Assembly: GCA_039621445.1 (NCBI GenBank)
Contig: CP154954.1
Coordinates: forward strand, 15,766,140-15,830,139
Length of the DNA: 64,000 nt
Reading direction: 5' to 3'
Source of the DNA: Euglena gracilis
Taxonomy: Eukaryota
This document shows, piece after piece, positions 58,445-64,000 of the stretch. Within the stretch, counting starts at the first letter, position 1, and each line of letters opens with the position of its first letter. A program made the position numbers and the translations under genes. Below the pieces are notes generated by a model. That model worked only from the letters and a program-made list of their open reading frames with translations, was not told the DNA's origin and made no database searches.

Positions 58445-59613
58445 GGGGGCAGGGGGGGGGGGCTCTGGCGCGTGTGCGGGCACGTGGGTTGACGTGCAGG
58501 AGCGGACACGTGATGATGTTTATGTTTATGTTTACGTTTATGTCTATGTTTATGTTTCTGTTTATTTTTATGCGACAAAAGGTGGTACAAAAAAAACTCC
58601 TGTCCCAGCACAACCAAAACAAAAAAAAACATCAGAAAAGCAGGCGAATGTTTCGCACCATCTTGGCATAATCTAGTCGACACAAACCATCACCCATTCA
58701 CCCAAAGAACAAAAAAAAACTTTTCTGACTTTTCAGTACTCGATCATATTTGCCCGCCCTGGGCAAAAATGGTCCTTAATGGAAAAAAAATTACCTTGAC
58801 AATCACCGCCGCCACCACCACCACCATCATAGATGGTGATGATACAGAAGACAATGAGTGGAGATGCTGGCACCAAGAAAAAACAAACCCTCCAAGATGT
58901 AAAGCTGAGAGAAATGAAAAAAAACAGCACAAAAAATAATCCACAAAAAAGAAAAAAATATTATCAAAGATAGGGAAAATCAAAAAGTTCATTTTGCTGT
59001 TTTGGGAACATACTGGTTCGTGACGAATGAGTGTTGAAATGACAGTTCTATCACTGACCTGGTATAGGTCCAAGCCATACGGGTCGAAATAAATCTCGTG
59101 CTGACGTTTAGAAAAAGTTCCAATAATAAGGGTCTGTGAAAATCAAATGAAAAAAATAACCAAAAATGTGTTGTTAACGAAAATTTCTGCAAAATGAATT
59201 GGCAAAATTACAGGTAACCCAGGGGAAACCTGCAGAGGCAATTACACGAGTTTTTGGTCCAACAAGGTCGATATTTTTTTAGCCAATCACAACCCCTCTA
59301 GAGGGTCTGAGATCTTGCCCAAGTATTAACCCATGACTTCTCATCAGGGGCAAAAAAAATTGGCAATCTTTTGATTTCTGCTGGGATGTTATTTTGACTA
59401 GTAATTCCTGTTTCTGTGAGTGAACAAACTCTTTGGCAACTTTTGGGCGATTGCAGCTCCGGGAGAGGCAGAGAACAGATTTTTTGGGACTGCCACTTTA
59501 CTGTGGGAAGCCAGAAGTGAGCCCAGCATGGATCCAGATTGCAGCTGCGGCAGGACTACCAAATGCCACGAGATCCCCCCCTCCCCCAGTCCCATCGGCA
59601 CCCCCCTCTGCCT

Positions 59614-59715
59614 GTAGCCCTCCACGAAGGAGAAGTTCTCGGGGAGCTTCTGGCCGCGCACGCTGTGGATGAAGAGCTGGTTGTCCTTCACCGTTGCCGC
59701 CGGGACCCTCTGGCC
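59614..59715 (-). CDS. Phosphatase exon (GQRVPAATVKDNQLFIHSVRGQKLPENFSFVEGY)
   Basis: PENFSFV corresponds to the PxNFSWV start of the domain; joins in frame to 58444. Confidence 0.75.
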
Positions 59716-60915
59716 TCCGGCAGACCTTGCCCTGCTCCCCGCCCAACGGGGTCACTCCCTGGCCAACCTAGCCGGTGTAAACCTGGTGGTCGGTCCGACT
59801 CATAAACCTCTCTTGTTGAATTTGATCCCGTGGTCCAAAAATAAACCTGGGTTCAGTCTCAAATTAACTGAAAACCATTTCCACCATGCATTCAGAATAG
59901 GGAATTCCTTAAAGACCCTGGAGTCCAGCCAGTCGGTTGGAAAAAGGTGCTGGCTGGATCCCCCCCCCTTTGGGGGGGGTCCGGGGGGGGGGGTCCTTGA
60001 ATCCTGAAAACAGGCAAAAAAACCCCCAAATCCAGCTGGGTTGCAACCCAGCTGGGATTTTCAGCCTTTTGTCACTAACCAGATACCACTAACCAGAAAC
60101 CAAAAAAAAACCTCAAAATGCAATTTTTGACAATTTTTTTCAGCATTTTGACCCTGTTTTCCAAAAATATTGGCCCTTCGTGCTGTGTGTCGAAGATCTT
60201 TCGGTCCAGCCCGACTTTGCTGGGCTGCAAAAACTGAATTGCCTATCAGTCCCCCCCCCGGGGGGGGGGGTCCTCAGCCCAGCTGGGAGCTGCTAGCTGG
60301 GAAAAAGGAGCTGGCTGGGATCCCCCCCAGGGGGTAGGGTGGGTTCAGCTGAAGAAATTCCCTGATTTCAGAAGTGTGTAAAACGTCAAAATATGGGGGA
60401 GAAGCTGTGGATAATTTGTTGACTTTGTCTGATAGGGTTACAGTGGCCTTGCCAACTCCCTTCACTCTGCAGTTCGAACATTTTTTTTCTGGTGTGGACC
60501 CAGAGACGGCGCTGTTCATCCCAATCGGGGTCACTGTGAACCTTTGGTCGCGTAACGAGAGAAGAAATGGCCTGGAAAGGGGCAGAAAAGCTTGGCAACA
60601 TCGATGGCTTGCTTTGGGTTTGCTGTTCGTGTTCAAAATTGAGCGGGACATCAAACAGGTGTGAAAAAAAAACCTCCTCTAGTGAAGTGAACTCACTGAA
60701 TGAAATTTTCTTCCTCCCCCCCCCCACCACACCACACCATTCCCCTCCCCGTCGCTGTGTTTGCGAAACAGAATTGGAGCTGCGCGTATTTCTGAGGCAG
60801 GATTGGCTTACCGCCAATTGGCCCGCCACCTGTGCCCCCTCTTGCAGAACAGGAGGGGGCCCCCCTCCCGTCCATATGCTGCTGCGGAGGGTCCCATTGG
60901 GGTGCAGTACCGCCA

Positions 60916-61041
60916 GAACTGATGGCCCTTCGCAAGCTCCAGCTGCCGCGTCCACGGCGTCCGCTTCAGCAGCTTGTGCGGGGCGGCGTAGAACGCGACC
61001 TTCCCGAAACGCTGGCTGGTGTAGAACGTCGGCCGCCAGTG
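60916..61041 (-). CDS. Upstream exon of the phosphatase gene (HWRPTFYTSQRFGKVAFYAAPHKLLKRTPWTRQLELAKGHQF)
   Basis: GC3-rich open island with a CAG acceptor. Confidence 0.65.
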
Positions 61042-62699
61042 CTGGGCCAGCCAGGACCCACCCAACCTTGAGGAGGCAATGTGCACCGCTGTCCCGGAGT
61101 CATGGCCAACTGAGCCGGCGGTGAAAGTGAGCAATTGAGAAGGCTACAGGTATTCAATGCAGGGCTCATTCAATGAACTGGGACCAAAACCGCACAGTAA
61201 AAAAAGCTCAATCGACCTTGAAAAATGGGCCGGAAATTGGGCAACGTAACGTAGTGAATATGATTGGGATTTTGATGATCCCAAAAATTTTCGGCCCAAA
61301 ACTGGAAACAGATGGTCAAAATACAACAGACTTGGGACTCAGGGAGAAAGCTGCCTCGAAGAAAAAAGCAACAAGAAGTTCTGGGGTCAATTCACCTGAT
61401 AATTTTTGAATCTCGATATCAATTTTACCCCAATATCCGGCAATTTTCTGAAAATTGATCCCCCTCCCCACAAAGGGACATACAAAGGGTTCACTAGGAA
61501 ACTCACAGGCCATTTTGGTACATCCTCCCCCCGCCCCAACTGGGAGACAATAGGCAACAAGTGAATAATCAAAAGTCTCATCCTGGACAGAAAGAAATAC
61601 CTCCCCCCCCCCCAGGTGCTTGGCCCGGGCCATGATTGAAGGTAAAGCCAGGGGGCCGACCTTAGGGGGGCCAAGTTTGCATGTTAAGAATTTTGGCGGC
61701 CATGTACAAAAGGCCTAAGGCCAACTTTAGGGGGGCCAAGTTTGCACGTAAGGAGGAGGGGGGCCAAGCGCTCAGGGGGGGGGGGGCAGGCGCCCAGGAG
61801 GGGAGGTAGCTCAAAATCGATGGTCGTTTCAAAATATTCAACTTTCGGTCGTTTCCTGTGAATCCCCCCCCCCGGAGGGAGGGAGTTTAGAGCCCAAAAA
61901 GCAGTCAGTCACCCTGATATGGGTGGTTAGGCACGTTCTAAGCAAAGGAATGGTCCAGAAACCCTCCTCACACCCTTCCTAACATATGGGTCCACCTGTC
62001 CACCCATCAACCTACCAAAAACTGCCGGGAAAAAAAGTCGGCAGAAAATTGTGAAAGGGAGCACCTCATCCCAATCACCCCAGGGGCCAAAACTGGAAAC
62101 ACGGGGGTCACAACGGGTTGAATGAATGATGGCCTCAACATTGCTTCATGAAATTTCTATTTGGTACCTTTTTTTCCTGCACTCTTCTTTTTCCCGCTCT
62201 CTCTCTCTCTTTTTCAAATTTTCTGTAACCAATCAAAGGCAAAATTGCATAATGCTCGACTTTTGAAAAGTGCATCAATGCAATAGAGACAAAACTCGAT
62301 GTTTTTAGATGCATAACCGTGTGGGAACGTAATTTCAGGTCGTCTGATGCCGCATAACTGAAAGCCCTCTAAGTCAGCCACCAGCCTTGACTTACTGTAT
62401 CACAAACACAAATGAAGCACTATGTGTGCGATGTTGATTCATTTCTGTCGAGCATTGCGAAAAATGTGGAAATAATAAGTTTGTCATGTATCCTGCATAC
62501 TTTGTGAGGCCTTCCGTGCGAGATATAGTTCATTCATTTAATGTGATGTACCAAATCTCGGACCAGCTGGAAAAGAAGGGAAGCCAGTGAGCCAAGAAAA
62601 AATAAGTACTCCACCAAGCCTGCGTGGGGTGGGTTGCAACCCCGGCGCGCAAAACCGAGCCCATCGCTCTCCACCCCCCCCCCCCTTCAGCTCCTCGGC

Positions 62700-62845
62700 C
62701 TCGAGGCCCGGCCCTGCCCTCCTCCGCTGGGCTCGGCAACGCCGGGGCTGCCGGCTCCCCGGCCGCCTCGCTCTTGCCCGCCACGGCCTCGGCAGCCCCG
62801 TCGGCCTCCCGGCGGGCCTTCTTGGCGGGTGGTTCGGGCAGGGCG
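62700..62845 (-). CDS. Probable upstream exon with an NLS-like PPAKKARRE; another candidate exon at ~63320-63405
   Basis: GC-rich low-complexity open frame; boundaries approximate. Confidence 0.5.
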
Positions 62846-62954
62846 GAGCGGGAGGGGGGGGGCAGGTTGGGGGGGGGGGGGGCGACAGACATTACTTCTT
62901 TAAGGCACCTTAAAACCCCTGAAAAAAAATGTGATCAAAAACGCTGTAAAAAGC

Positions 62955-63235
62955 TTTAATTTAATTGATTAATTAATTCCAAATTAAATTAATTAATGGA
63001 TTGATTGATTTAATTAATTAATTTTCAATTAAACTATTAATTAAAATAATAAATTCTTTTTTAATTGGATTAATTAATTAATTAATTAAAATAATTGATT
63101 CATTTTTGATTCAATTAACTAACTATTATTTATTAATAGATTACCACATAAATTAATTTATTTTTTATTAAATGAATTAACTAATTAAATTAATTAATTC
63201 ATTTTGAATAAAATAAGTAATTAATTAATTTTTTG
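62955..63235. repeat. AT-rich (TTAA)n-like low-complexity tract
   Basis: Directly visible. Confidence 0.9.
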
Positions 63236-63504
63236 AGTTTCCTGTCTTAAAACATGACTCCAACTTGGCGTCGACCCCCCCCATCCCCCACCACCCGTAG
63301 GGTTCCCGGATTCCCGTGCAGCCCTGGGCTCGGGGGCCTCCTCCGCCGCCATCACAGCCCCACTGTCCGCCGCCAGCGGGTCGGGAGGGTCGGGAGGTCG
63401 CTCTGCAGGAGGGCAGGACGGCAGGCGGAGAAGCCGTGGCGTGAGGTGGGGCGGCGGAAATGGAACAAGTTTAAGAACGAGAACTTAACCTGTGCGTCCC
63501 TATG

Positions 63505-63990
63505 AGTGTGTGTGTCGTGTGTGGGTGTGCGTGTGCGTGTGTGTGCATGTGTTGTGGGTTTATGTGTATGTGTTCTGTGTGGGTGTGTGAATGTGTTGTG
63601 TCTCTTGTGTGTATGTGTGTGTGTTGTGTGGGTGTGGGTGTTTGTGTTGTATGCGGGTGTGTTGTGTGTGTTGTGTGTGTTGTGTGTGTTGTGTGTGTTG
63701 TGTGTGTGTGCGTGTGTGTGTTTGTGTGTGTGTGGGTGTGTGCTGTGTGCGGGTGTGTGTGTGTATGTGTCGTATGCGGGTGTGTTGTGTGTGTTGTGTG
63801 TGGGTGTGGGTGTGGGTGTGGGTGCATGTGTTGTGTGCTTATGTGTATGTGTTGTGCGTGGGTGTGGGTGTGTGTTGTGTGTCGTGTGTGTGTGTGTGTT
63901 GTGTGGGTGTGGGCGTATGTGTTGTATGCGGGTGTGTGGGTGTATTGTGTGTGTTGTGTGTGTTGTGTGTGGGTGTGGGTGTATGCGTTG
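63505..63990. repeat. Degenerate (TG)n microsatellite
   Basis: Directly visible. Confidence 0.92.
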
Positions 63991-64000
63991 TAGGCGGGTG

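Overview
Eukaryotic nuclear DNA, most likely from a euglenid. That assignment is inferred from several non-GT-AG introns whose ends base-pair, two with the CAG(+4..+6)/CTG(-8..-6) spacing known from euglenids. Two convergent multi-exon host genes flank a ~26 kb retroelement island. The + strand gene has exons from ~223 to 16090 and ends in a WW-like domain. The - strand gene encodes a DUSP23-like dual-specificity phosphatase (HCHAGEGRTG; ~63400 to 52603). The island (25968-52064) holds about five decayed DIRS1-type tyrosine-recombinase retrotransposons. One is structurally complete, with ITRs, ICR, RT, RNase H, an N6-adenine methyltransferase-like domain and a YR. The island also holds a Ty3/Gypsy chromovirus with inverted LTRs, an integrase split and inverted at one site (autointegration-like), a Tf1-type self-priming PBS, a large unknown ORF after the PBS and a UUCG hairpin array in the 3' UTR. 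Introns contain many MITEs, three of them CAG...CTG elements with 8-bp target duplications (hAT-like). Their geometry matches the 3+5 nt spacing of the non-conventional introns. Homopolymer indels are frequent, so some frameshifts may be sequencing errors. All protein identities come from motif recognition by eye; no database search was run.
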